This document shows positions 14,390 through 27,174 of a stretch of 64,000 nt of DNA, piece after piece. This DNA comes from Epiperipatus broadwayi. Lineage: Eukaryota; Animalia; Onychophora. Position 1 is the first letter of the stretch, and each line of letters begins with the position of its first letter. The stretch covers positions 10,912,001 to 10,976,000 of the forward strand of contig JAQFVV010000007.1 in NCBI GenBank assembly GCA_028023455.1, written 5' to 3'. A program made the position numbers and the translations under genes. The notes beneath the pieces were generated by a model. The model saw only the letters and a program-made list of their open reading frames with translations. It searched no databases and was not told the origin of the DNA.

Positions 14390-14498
14390 GCCTTCGGTCA
14401 TACTATGTTTAACACACCAGTTCTTGTCCAATCATTGCAGGTAATCAATGTTAGGCTGGATGGGTGACTGCCTGGGAACCCTGAGTGCTGTAGGCCTT
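14390..14498 (+). pseudogene. 5S rRNA-derived retropseudogene (or SINE3 head)
   Basis: gccttcggtcatactatg...tggatgggtgactgcctgggaaccctgagtgctgtaggcctt aligns by eye to eukaryotic 5S with a ~12-nt deletion before tggatgggtgac. It is flanked by the direct repeat aaaaatatgtat (14374-14385, 14501-14512). Confidence 0.85.
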
Positions 14499-15150
14499 CT
14501 AAAAATATGTATAACTATAAAGAAAAAAACTTCTTCAGCACATAATTTAATGCCCTTTTCAAGGTTAAACTCATAATCACTGCTCTCATTTATAACTTCA
14601 AAAATGAATATTTATTTAGTATATGGATTTATTATTAATTTTCAAACAGTTTAATTATTAAAAAAATATATTATAGAGGAACCTGTAAATATTCTAAATG
14701 GAAAATAAATTTTTACTGGGTTCATTAAATCTTTCAATTATGCTACTGCAGCTAAAGATTCAACAGTCATTAATTACAGTCCACATCTAATGGCTTTTAA
14801 AGTCCATTCATTAAGCAAATGAACACAACAAACACAGTTGTCAAGAATCTTCTGATAGTAGATTCATCACTTACATTTTAGGTAATCAAATCCAGCTGGT
14901 TGTAATGTTGGATCTAAATAAAATTGTTTGGAACTTCATAAAAATTTAATTTTTATGCGATAATTCTAGATTTCTGGTTGAACATTCAAAAAAGGGATCT
15001 TGATTTGATATTTATATTATAAGTTAGCAGCAAGTCTAATCCACTTGACAGCTGCTTTTACAGTTTCTTTGAGATAATTTCTTATATTTAGTGGAGAAAT
15101 GTGTGGAAAAAGTAGACTTGAGTATATTGGTATTCACCAGCATAATTCAT

Positions 15151-15260
15151 CAACATAATTTATCAGCATATCTCACCAACATAATTTATTATCATATCTC
15201 ACTAACCTAATTTATCAGCATATCTCACCAATATAATTTATCAGCATATTTCACCAATGT
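15151..15260. repeat. 26-bp tandem repeat, about four copies
   Basis: The unit caacataatttatcagcatatctcac is repeated with few substitutions. Confidence 0.9.
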
Positions 15261-15395
15261 AATTCACCACATAATATGCTAGTTTTTAAGGAAATTGTCC
15301 ATAAAGTATTTGCATCATAATTTCAAAAACTGCCAATCATTTTTTCAAGAAGAATATTCTTAAAAATTAATTTTGATCTAACCTTAAATAAATGA

Positions 15396-15623
15396 TATTC
15401 ATTAAGGCTGTAGCCTCAAGCACATGCGTATAAAATGCGATAGTAGGGACCTCTACAGGTCTTAAAACCACAAGCTTACTCATTGGAAGAAAAGAGTAAG
15501 CTTGTGGTTTTAAGACCTGTAGAGGTCCCTACTATCGCATTTTATACACATGTGCTTGAGGCTACAGCCTTAATGAATATTATTTACGTAATCAATGTGC
15601 GTTTAAATAAATTTATAATTACA
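15396..15623. mobile_element. Young hairpin insertion (86-bp near-perfect inverted duplication) flanked by a 16-bp direct repeat
   Basis: Arms 15396-15481 and 15494-15579 differ at one position, with a 12-nt loop. aaccttaaataaatga occurs at 15380-15395 and 15624-15639. Confidence 0.85.
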
Positions 15624-17489
15624 ACCTTAAATAAATGAGAAAAATAATTTGGACAGTCATATCCAATTACTCCTGAATAGTCTGGAATAGAATTGAGTTT
15701 TAATCTATTAATTTAAAAGGTTATATTCAGTTTATGAGACAATTTCCTGTTGTGAAACTTTAAGCATGCTACCTTAATGTGATAAGGAACATTTGAAAAA
15801 GTTTTGTTGTCCTCTCGCATTATTATTAAAAGACTTTTGTATCTCAGAAAAGAAATTTTTTTTGAGAAAGTCAAAGCAATATCGACAGCATGAAAAAAAA
15901 TTCTGCATTGTGATCATTGACATATATGGTAAATAAATTGAGAGAATTGAATCTTCTGATAGATCACTCCTTAAATTTTTTTATCTATAGAGATTACCAA
16001 TTAGTGTCACTTGAATTTTTGTACCGAAGAAAATTTTGTCAAGTAAATTAATAATAGTTTTCCTGTATTTAAGAATTCAAAACGTTTAGAAGATTATCCA
16101 CTAAATAAAATAACAAGCTGGAATCAATAAAGTTAGCACCAGTTTTTAATTTCTTGAATATGAGGAATTAAAGATAAAACTTGTTCCCAACAACTTCTTC
16201 CTGGTTTAAATTCAGCCACTGATCGATGTAAATGTGGACAAAGACAAACCATTAATCAATAAACAATAATTGGAAAATCTATGACTACTATGCTACAAGT
16301 AAGGAAGTTCTTATAATCATTAGTTATTTTATTTCCTGATTGGAATCCCTACAGGATTCTTAATGGTATTTTGTTAATACAGTACTCAATTAAGCCAGCC
16401 AAATAAAATCTATATATTTAATAAATGCTAGAAAAATAAAAATATATATTTCTTAAATAATGTGTTTAGTTTTTTTTAATATTCTGAAAAAAAAAAAAGC
16501 ATTAAAACATAATCTTGCAGTTAATTGCTTAGGAAATCATTCGTTGTCTCAGCAACGAATTAGTATGTTGAGCATGTGGGATTCATTCAAATGACCAAAT
16601 TGAATTTTTTGAGTTTGTCAGTCTACTATTATTCTAAACTGCATAGAAATGCATTGATATCTTTTTTTTATTTTTAAAGTAATATTTTTTTCTGTAGGTG
16701 CTTTTGTGTTATGTTTCATACAGTAAAAAAGCAAATGTAAAAATATGAACAACAAATTTTGTTATGATATCACACTTATATATACATGATAGCTTTGACA
16801 AAGTCTGTTGGATAGTTGAAACTGATACCTGTTTTTAGAAATTTGGAATAATAAATTATTGTATTTGTAATGTGTCAAATATAAAGAAGAGTTTTGTCTG
16901 CATTTATAAAATAAAATAATACAAAATAAATGTTTAAGATGAATATAGAGGTCAAAAACCATTGTTTTATGATAAATGGAAAAATTTCATATATTGATGT
17001 TTTTGGGTATATTCAAAATTGATTTATTTCGAAAGACAATGTTTCATGACTACATATGTTAGATGGAGAATCAGACACTATTCAAATCCTTTACATAACC
17101 ACAAGAAGGGAAATGACATTTTTTTCTTTGCAATGGTTTTAGATCTGATGATGCAGGATACCATAATAATTTGAGCCATATCTAATTCTGTACTAATAAT
17201 CTTTTGAAATACATGACCATGACTGATAGTCTTTGCCTATTTTTTAACACTTATAATGTAGTTTGAGGTGTCTTGTTGAACATATTTTAAGAGTTAAAAA
17301 ATAATCAAATGGTTTTATTGCTTGGATGAAGTTTGAATACCAGAAATGCCAGAATTGAAATCAGTCTGAAGATCTTCTGATTCAGAATGCTATACCAAAG
17401 CACATAACAAATATGATGGGTCATAATAACTTATAAATAAGGAAAGTATAAATTAAAGTCTCGGTTCAGATTAAATGATTGCAATTGGT

Positions 17490-18050
17490 AAAATACATCC
17501 TACAACTTAAACTTTCATCACATGATCACTATTTCCTATGCATACACAAGCTGTTAAAACATTAAAAAACTCTCCATACCATAGTTCCATCTAGTGCAAG
17601 CTGCTACTGTATGGAGTGATTGCTACTGCTTAAACTATTTCTGTATCTTAGAAAATGGTGACTATGTGATGTTTTAGTGGTTTAATACTAATCCTAATAA
17701 TTGGATGATAGTGACTATGATTATTATAAAATCAATGATACCAAAATATATAGACACTGAACTGTATCAGATTGGATTGAAAACATTATCATGTTTTGAT
17801 TTTGGGCTTATAGTTTTATATAGTTAACTAAATATGTAAAAGGTGGATGGTGGAGGTTGCATTAGATCCAAATGTCTAGATGCAATACTGTCAGATCCAA
17901 TGCTTCTCATTGATGAAAGCCACAAGTTAGAAACTAGTTTGGGAATATTGGATGAGGAGTCACTAGGTAAGGATTTTGTGCACAAACCATCTTGCATCCA
18001 TTGATTACTCTGACTTACACTGGGTGGCACTAGTATATGGAAAGTTTGGT
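17490..18050. mobile_element. Family A repeat: short minus arm plus long plus-strand monomer with a hammerhead at ~17894-17953
   Basis: atccaatgcttctca-TTGATGA-aagccacaagtta-GAAA-ctag-TT-tgggaatattggat. Confidence 0.75.
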
Positions 18051-21000
18051 AATATTTTAACTTAAATTGTAAAGTGTCATGTTATGTAACATTCTGAGTT
18101 CTGTGTATCTTAGTATGGTATTAAAGTGGCAAATTCTAGAGCTAAAGAATTATGAATTATGGTTCTGCTCAGTCACTTCCTGTACTTAAAATTACATATG
18201 AACTTCTGAGTAATAAACCATTCGATTATTTTTTTATAACATTATTCATTTTTTATTGCAACATTTCCAGATTTGATTAAAAAAATAAAAATTTATATAG
18301 TCAGTCTTCAAAAGGCCATATGATGTTTGAGCACAAAATTGACCATATAAGAACAAAAGTGCATTCATTTGATCAATTTATTTGTTTTGCCTCAGTTGGA
18401 ATTGTCCAGGAACATCCATATTTTGAGTCTGTTATAATCAGAAAACATACAGTGATTTAAAAATAGAATAAATATTATAAATTTATATCTTTTTTAGTTT
18501 TCAGTTTTGTTATATTAAGATATTAGTTGTTACCAAACAGATTTTATTTTTGTTAAGGGACTTGCAAATTTTTTTTTTTTAATTCAACCTTGAAGATTAA
18601 ACGATGGCAGAATTGTGGTTATACTTCGGATGCTGATAAATCATTTCAAATTACATTTATTTTACTAAAATTACTTATCATTTTTGTTCGTTTTATAAGG
18701 TGATAATAACTATTTGCTTGTAAAAAAAAAAGTAAATTGAAGAAGAAAAAAGTATTTAAGCCAAGAGAATGCATTAACGAAGTTATTAATATTTGATTTA
18801 TGACAGATCTAATTTTATGAAATGTTCAGTACATTTTTCAAAGCAAAAGTACATTTTTAAAAAAATTAAGTCAGCTTGAGAGATTTTTAAACTAAATTTT
18901 TAATTTTTGTTAATATTTTTTTTTATTTTGAGTTGATGAAAATTAAATTACGTTTTTATTTTGCGAAAGACATAAAAAAGAACATACACTTTTACTACAA
19001 TCTCTATTATATGATTTATATTGTTTGAGGCGTATAGAACTCATTACATATATACTTCACTATAAACTCATCAACACTCCTTTAACACTTTAAGCAAATA
19101 ATTTTATTTTTATTATAACAGTTTCGACTGTACTAGCATATATACTTGTGTTATATAGTCCATATCGGCATATTTTTTGCTAATGAAACCAGTTTCAAAA
19201 AAAAAGTTATATAGAAATGGAGAAGATTTAATGAGGAGTTGAAATGTGCTTTGAAATTTAAAAATATTTTTATGAGTTATTATTTCATTTGATTAGTAGA
19301 TTCGCAGAATAATAGTTTGAACACATAAACTATGTAGAACATGATGAGTATTGGTTAATAAATCCAAAATCCTATCCTAAATTTCATGACCAGTAATTAC
19401 AGTGGCACCAGGAAATTAATTAAGCTTCATGGAACTTTATATGCATCTGGAGGTATATGGTATAAAGACATGTTACATAGTTTCTACATAGTTTTTAGAC
19501 TTTAGTTTTTTAAAATCTGTATATTACTCATCAAAACAATAAAAACATTATCTACTTAGCATAAGAATGATGTAGTGGGAAAATATCAAACTGTTAATGC
19601 AGGTGTGGAATTTCAGATATTTGATAACTTTGATCCTGATGGTAAAAAGTTGATTGCTAAACAGATGGCAGAGGATAATCTAAATTTCTCTGCTGGTGTA
19701 TGGGTTTCATTATAGTGGATTGATGAGAATGCACTCATAAAAAATAAAAAAATCCTATAAAATATCTCTGTAATCCAATGATTATTTCAGAAGTTGTTTT
19801 AAAAATGTTATTTATTATATCTTCTGATTTGTGTATTTTATTAATGTTTTCTAGTTCTATTATTATCTACAAATAAAATCTATTTTTAAATTAAAAATGA
19901 AAATGTTAATTAATTATATATTAAAAACAATGGTGGCCTAAAAATTTAATAAAATTTATTGATTAAGTGTTAAATTCACAACAATGTGAATATATTCCCA
20001 ACTTCTTATAAATTTTAAATATTTATAATTTTTTGATTTTGTTAACAATGATGTACATCAAAATTCTAATTTATATATCCTGGGATTATTTTAAATTTCT
20101 TATGCTTGAATTAACTATCTTACTTATAATTATTTGGTTGAAACATAAGCAATTTATTTCTGAAAAAAGATAAACTCTTATCATTTTAAAAAACAGGTTT
20201 ATTTTTCTATATACAATAAATTTATATGTAATAAGTAAAAGCAATATTCTTCTTATTTAAAATCAGAACATAACACTCTAGATGAATAAAGACATTGCAG
20301 TATTTTGATTAATTAATTAATACATTTTTCACCGGACATTCAACATAAATATTCAAATGTATTACTATATAGAAAATTGGTATTCATTGATGATTGTGTA
20401 GTAATATATCTATATTTCACTTAGGTCACAATGGATACCATTATTAACCAGATATTTCATCAAAGTAAAGGATGTCATGTGGAGTGATTGAGTAATTGAA
20501 AAAAAATGTTGAAATCAACTTGCTTTTACAGCTATCAAAATGTTTTGCATTTTTTTTTTAAATTGCAAACTTCATGTATATTTTATTATGATATTTTTAA
20601 GTCCAAAAAAATTTAAAGATGTCAGCATAATCAAAAATGCAGTAAATTCAAATAATTTTGGTCAAGCATTGATATGTCTGGATTTCATTTTCACATCTTA
20701 TGTGCTTTGTGAGATTATTTTGAAAACAGTTTTCAAATGATTAAAACCTTAATTTTTTTGGTGAAATTTTTTAAGATTCACAATTCACAATTATTTTTAC
20801 AAAATAATTATGTAATAATTATTAAAAATGCAAAGTATACATGATCACACATTTATTTTATAAGTATATATTTTAAAAAAGTAATAAGTTCCAGAATAAT
20901 ATTTACAAACCAAATTACTGAGTTTCAATAACTATATATTTTAAACTAATCATTAATATGTCATCAACATTTTCATAGGATTTATTGCAATATTGTTAAA

Positions 21001-21059
21001 ATGATAAAAAGTAGTAATATTTTAAAGCATAATTTGATAGATGTATTAATTATTGACAT

Positions 21060-21087
21060 TCATTCATTCATTCATTCATTCATTCAT
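21060..21087. repeat. (CATT)n microsatellite
   Basis: Direct reading of the sequence. Confidence 0.9.
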
Positions 21088-22519
21088 ATTTTGGACACAA
21101 ATATCAAATAAAAAATATTTCATTAATTTTATAAAATTAATCTGCTTCTCTTGACTATTGATTAATGAGAAAAAAATTTGATTTTATTACAATCTTATTT
21201 TTTTCAATATTTGCAAAGTTCAAATAGGATTTTGGTTAAATTTATTTCATTTGTAAGTATACATTTTTACCAAATCAAGTCCTATTTATTATATTCTGAT
21301 ATAAAATATTGGTTTAATACTATAATCATCAAAATTTTACAAAACTCTCACCAGGAAAAACAACTAAACCCATCACAGGGTCAGAAAGAATTCTCATTAT
21401 ATACCATAACATTTTCTTGGTGAATATTTTAAGTTTCATAATATTGTTTCTACAAAGAATCATGGAATTGTTGAATAGAATAACAGTATTTAGTTTGGAA
21501 AATTGGTTTATGTTTTAATAGCATATAAGACTGAACTGTGATAATGTAGCTTTTATTCATGTTTTATCACCAATCAAAAAGCTTGATGTCAAATTTTGCT
21601 TAATGGGTTATTGGAGAAGGTTAATATTGATCTTAAGTTATTAAAAAAGTCACAATAATCAATAATATTAAACAAATTTAAAAAAATGATGAAATTATAC
21701 ATACATTAATAAATATTGAACATCAGATATTCAATTACAAATAGTGGAGGAAATAATTTGGATTAATTTTACATTATCTGTAAGAATGCATACTAATGAA
21801 TGAAATATTTTAAAATAGCTAAATAATGATTTACCAAAGTGTTATAAAATATGTAATGAACAAATAGACAAGAGCATTAGTTGTAATAAATTGCTGATGG
21901 ATTGTTTTGTTAAAGAATTGAGGTTTCAAATATATCTGTTTCAGACCTAACTCTGATTTCATTTTACATTCATATTAGATGTTTAAATGTAATATAGGGG
22001 ATTTGAACATACTTTCAAGATCCCTTCAGCTATCCATTCCCAGTAAAATTTATAATTCATATATTTATATAGAATATCACATCCATTGTATGAATAAACA
22101 AATTGTTTACTCCTCAGCAGTTCGTAAAATATTTGAGCCTCACAACTGATAGAGCTGGTCCATTATCTACAAACACTGATCTCCAGAATCTGCCACTCTC
22201 TTATTGCACCAAATCACACAAATAATAAATATTCTGTAATTAATAAATATAAAACACTTCATATGGAGATTTTTAAAGACATCCCTGATGGATCTTCCAT
22301 TTTCTTTAACTCTCCTGCAGCTAACATAAAGGTAATTTGACACTTTGCATTTTTTATGGCAAAACTAGTATTGATTTATTAGTTCAAAGACCAATTTGAA
22401 GAGTACTGAAGTCTACAGTCAAAAATTAACTTCAAATGATCCAAGCCATACCTATCAGAATGCTGATTGATAGAGAGAAGTTATGAAGGTAATTGATTGT
22501 AGAGTCAATTCTTTTGTTA

Positions 22520-23312
22520 TGGAAAGAATAGTTATAAAACCATTAAAACATCACATGATCACCATTTCATATACTTATTCTTGCTGTTAATAAGAGTAGC
22601 AAACTCTCAATAGAGTAGTGCCCCAAGTGTTAGCTTTCATAATCAATTGATACAGGAAGGTTTATGCATATAATTTCTATCTAGTGCTTACTCATCCAAT
22701 ATTCCCAGACTAGTTCCTATCTAGTGGCTTTCATCAGTGAAAAGCAATAGTCTTGAGAGAACTGCTCCTGGATTTTAGGATCTGATGTGACCTGCCAACA
22801 GCCACTGCTTATCTATTTGGCTAACTCTAAAGCTAGGAGTCCAAGATGAAAACATCATAATGTTTCCAACCCAAGCTCATTTCTTGTATAGTCATACAGA
22901 TTTGAACTCACTTCAGCATCTATACATTTTAGTGTCTTTGGCTTTTTAAAAAAAACCACAGTCACCTTTATCTTATGGGTAGAATAGGTATAAAACCATC
23001 AACACACCATATGATCATCCTTTCATATGCTTACACATGCTGTTAATAAAAGTCCCAAACTATCCATACCATAGGGCTACCAATTGCAAGCTTTCATAAC
23101 CAATGGATACAGGAAGGTTTGTGCATAAAATCCCTATCTAGTACCTACTTATCCAATTTCCCTAATGCTCTTAAGGCCAAGACTCCTCACTGATGAAAGG
23201 GACAGTCTAAAATCTAGTCTGGGGATATGGGATGAATAGGCACTGGATAGGCAAATATTTCTGCATGTATTGATTATAAAACCTTACACTTTTGTCACTA
23301 CTATACATAGAG
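22520..23312. mobile_element. Family A: tandem monomers (minus sense) plus an inverted plus-sense copy, with hammerhead cores at 22731-22737 (-) and 23190-23196 (+)
   Basis: The landmark aaactc(t)c/aaactatcc occurs at ~22601 and ~23057 (spacing ~456 bp). tcatcag and ctgatga cores are present, and the intervening segment matches 9900-10140. Confidence 0.8.
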
Positions 23313-23314
23313 TT

Positions 23315-23910
23315 TGTAATGGTAAGGAATGGGATAGAAGAATAGATGCATTAATAAAGAATAGAGAGTTGGAGAGATGGAAAACTAGTATGGAGAGTAA
23401 AAAGAGTTTAAATAAATATAGAAGTAAACAGAATATTGGGTGTGAGTTAATTTATGATAATAGCAAGGAAAACAGTTTACTGTTTAAGGCTCAAATGGGA
23501 TCTTTAGCAACAGGAGATTATACATGTAAATGGAAAATGTAGGTGATTTTCTCTGCAAGTTGTGTAAGGAAGGCATAGAAAATATTAGGCATCTGTTAAT
23601 TGAATGTAAATGCCAGAAAGTAGAAAGAATACAAATAATAAAGTTGTCAAAGGATAAATTTAAGGAAAGTGGTTATACAGAAAATGTGTTATTGATTTTT
23701 ATGCTGAGTTTAGGAAAAGATAAGGGGGATTTAGATATAAAGGTCATGAGTTGTCAAAGATTACGTTGTGAAAATAGGATGAAGGAGGATATGGCAAACT
23801 TAGGGTGGGGAATAGAAAGGGAAGGTAAAGTGGCTAACAGGTTTCTCTGGGCATTGTTGCAGAGAGATTCCTGACTTGTATAAGGGGAAGTCATAGTGCA
23901 TCACATCAAC
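23315..23910 (+). mobile_element. 3' fragment of the LINE family at 27175-30960
   Basis: WKTSMESKKSLNKYRSK and CKLCKEGIENIRHLLIEC (CCHC zinc motif), ending in a catcacatca tail. Confidence 0.85.
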
Positions 23911-26339
23911 TCAATTCTTTTGCTGGTAGTAATAAGAAAAAAGGATTAACTTGTTTTCATATTTCATGTATAATTATTTTTACAAAAATAATTAAAGATA
24001 ATCATTTAAAAAAGTATACATTGTTGCAATTTAATTTTATTCTGCTTTAAAAGTGAAATTTAATGATCAACAAAAATCAATAATAATTTTATTCTAATAT
24101 GTTTTATTTTAAAAAATAAAGTCAACACATTCAAAAATTATGGTAGTAAGATCAGTATTTTAAAAATTATAAATATAATTTTAAATTTTAAAAGAGAATA
24201 TGATAGCTTTGTCGTGGCTTAACATTTAGTCATTCATGTTTTAAAAAGGCTGTTCAATTAACAAAGATTTTGTTAATTTTCTTTTTAGTTTACTTTACTT
24301 TATATCCAGTCAGAAAATATTTCTTGGATTTTAATATGGTTTTTGAAAACAAATTTCATTTGTAACTTTATACTTCCAATAAATTAAATCCATTTTATTA
24401 AATTCTAAATTTTAAAAGAGAATTCAGGTTTAGTATTAAAATCAAATGTTGTATGATTTCAAAAACTGTCACCAGGGAAAGCAATGGAAATATTTTCACC
24501 AGTTAATGGGTTAATTATTAAGTTTATTAAATATATTTATTTAATATGGATGTAGAAATAAATAATTTATTTTATGCGGTATAATTTCATAATGTTCACA
24601 ATATCTTAAAAAGGATGAGAAATAAATTATTACATATTAGTCAATTGGTTATTCTGCTTATTCAATGAGATGCAGGATAAAGGCATAAATGTGGTTTTGA
24701 CCCTGTTTATATTACAAAGATTATCTCTGAGAAACTTTAAAGAGTAGTAATGTTAATTGTTTTATAAGACAGATGTAAAGGACATGGGTCAAAGAAACCA
24801 CACAAAAGAGGACTATATTTAGATAAAGTATTAAAGTCTTTTAAAAAGAAAATTTTCTGCAACAATGTTAAAAGGTAGCATCATATTGTCCCAGCTAAAA
24901 AAAAATCCCATATGGTGAAAAATATGTAGATATATGTTGTGTTTTAAGAGTTGGTTTGAAGGGACATCCAAAAATCTTTTTAAATTTTTGTTCATCATTC
25001 TTTATCTTCTTCTAGGTTGGAAGTATCATTTATGTGCTAGTTATAGTTAAATGATATATTTAGATAGAATACTAATGTATACATATTGAATTCGTGATAA
25101 TTTTATTAAAATTTGATTTACAAATATCGAAATATCTGTACCCACAACATTAGTAATATCCAGTTCAGGTATATGCATTAACAATTTCTACTAATCATTT
25201 ATTAAGCTAGACATTATCATATGATTCCTAACTCAGAAATAAAATGTAAATTATTGTCTTTACTAAATGTTGATCTACAAGTTTCAAACTTTCTGTTCTC
25301 ACAACTTTTATACTGTCCACTTCAGATAAATATAATTATGATTATTACTATTCATTTATTAGACTAGAAACTATTATATCATTTCTAACCTGTAAACCTC
25401 AAATAAGGGTTAATATATTTTTTAAAAATTAAACATTGGAGTAATTCACCTTCATTTCACTACTTATTCATGAAACATATGGTCAGATATATTAATCTTT
25501 AACTGAAGTCCAAAGTTTGTATCTGGCTAGATATAATCTTTAATTTAATAAATGATTAATGATAATTATTACTGTATTTATTGAGATTGAATTGTGTCAA
25601 AGTTATGAGTGGAATAAACTTGACACTTATAAATCAAAATGTAACAATTTACTATAGATCAGCAGTCAGCAATCTTTTAGATATTGCAGACTGCTAACAT
25701 AATTTTTAAAGATACAAATTAATGAGCATTGAGTAGATGATATACATATATATTTATTAATATTTATGTTTTATAATTTGTTAAAGAATTTTGTTTTATT
25801 TTGTTTTTTGTTAATATAATGTTCATTTTATTTCATAAAAATAAATGAATATATAAATACATATTTGCTACATTTTATATGTGTAATTTTCTAATTTGTA
25901 TCGACAAAAATTATTTATGGTTAATAGCGAATAGTATTCTATTCTTTAATAATTTTTATAGCTGTGTTTTTCTTCAAAAAATTCTTAATAAAATTTTTTG
26001 AGTTTTAGTTCACCCAATTATGTAAGGTGCATGGTAGTCAAATTTGATGCCTAGTCAATTGTACAGAATTTGGTATTCTTATTGTGTTACTTTTTTGATG
26101 TCACTGACTGCCTTTGATGTAGATGTTTTGCAAGTCACAGTAGTATTTTGTAACAAATCAATTAGCAATATAATATTCTTGTTTTATTTCACATAATAGT
26201 ACAGCTTAAACAAAATTTATTTTTTATTTAAAAATTTTATTAAATGAGATTAGCTAATTTAACTAATATCTGAATTTCTTTGTGGACCATTAAAATTACA
26301 TAACAGACTACCAGTTGCTGACCACTGCTATAGATAGCT

Positions 26340-26420
26340 GATAAAAATTTGTGAGATGGAGGCCTGGTCCAATTGATGAATGGTGGTTAAGCACAAAATG
26401 CATCTTGGAGTCATTTGTCT
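26340..26420 (+). ncRNA. Family C-like hammerhead remnant
   Basis: ccaa-TTGATGA-atggtggttaagcac-AAAA-tgca-TC-ttgg: stem I CCAA/TTGG, palindromic ATGCAT stem III. Confidence 0.5.
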
Positions 26421-26896
26421 TAATTTGTCTTTATTCATGTTTTCAAAAGAATATGTGATGGTGTGGAGGGTATTTAATACAAATAATATAGTAAAGAGAG
26501 TATATAGCATGTAAATAATTATCTGTTCTTTATAGAAATTTTTAAAAATTCATAAGAAATTATTGGAAAATGGAAATATAGGTAAATATGAACTATTTAC
26601 ATTAAAATCATTATAAAATAATCATCACTCATCAAAAAAAAAAAGAAATACATCAATTATAGATAATTTTGAATTTAATAGCAAATCAGAAAAAAATGTA
26701 AGAATTTCAAATTCATTCAGTACTTGGATATTTTATGAATTTATAAGCAATATGCCATTCAATTACTTTATTTTTACTAAGCATGTTGAAATAGAGACAC
26801 AAGTATTTTAAAATGTAATATTTTGAAACATTTTAAAATAAATTTAAATTCTGCTTAGTTTTCATGGAGATTACTTTTCCAATAGTTTTTTTTTTC

Positions 26897-26982
26897 ATGT
26901 GTCAAAGCATCGGCTGGGAAGTGAACCTGCAAACCCTGGACAACTGCTTGTAAGGCTGCTGTGCTGACCACTTGACCACCAA
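26897..26982 (-). mobile_element. tRNA-derived SINE head
   Basis: Minus strand ggtggtcaagtggtcagc (A-box-like) ... caggttcacttcccagccg (B-box-like) at tRNA-like spacing. Confidence 0.55.
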
Positions 26983-27174
26983 TGTTTGACTTTTCTAATA
27001 GTTTTTGCTTTGTAAAATATTGAAATTTTTTAATTATAAGCAAAAATAAAAGTATTTACTTTTTTGGTCTTTTTTATTTTGTTTTTCTTCCTTTTTCTCT
27101 CTTTTTATATATATGAAAAATCCAAGTGCCTACCACTAGCTGAAAATTCAAATATAAAAATGCCAAATCTCCCT

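Larger units (their letters stand above)
14700..16300 (-). mobile_element. Decayed Ingi/I-group LINE reverse transcriptase and C-terminal remnant
   Basis: Frameshifted translations AEFKPGRSCWEQVLSLIPHI, KTGANFID, SILSILFTIYVND, FHAVDIAL, KNILLEKMIGSF*NYDANTLWT and DPTLQPAGFD occur in the expected order. The remnant is interrupted by insertions at 15150-15260 and 15396-15623. Confidence 0.65.

Noticed and set aside
15494-15579. Twister ribozyme (TAA...GGTCCC...GAGG)
   Set aside because: Only partial motif resemblance. The pseudoknot pairings could not be built by eye.
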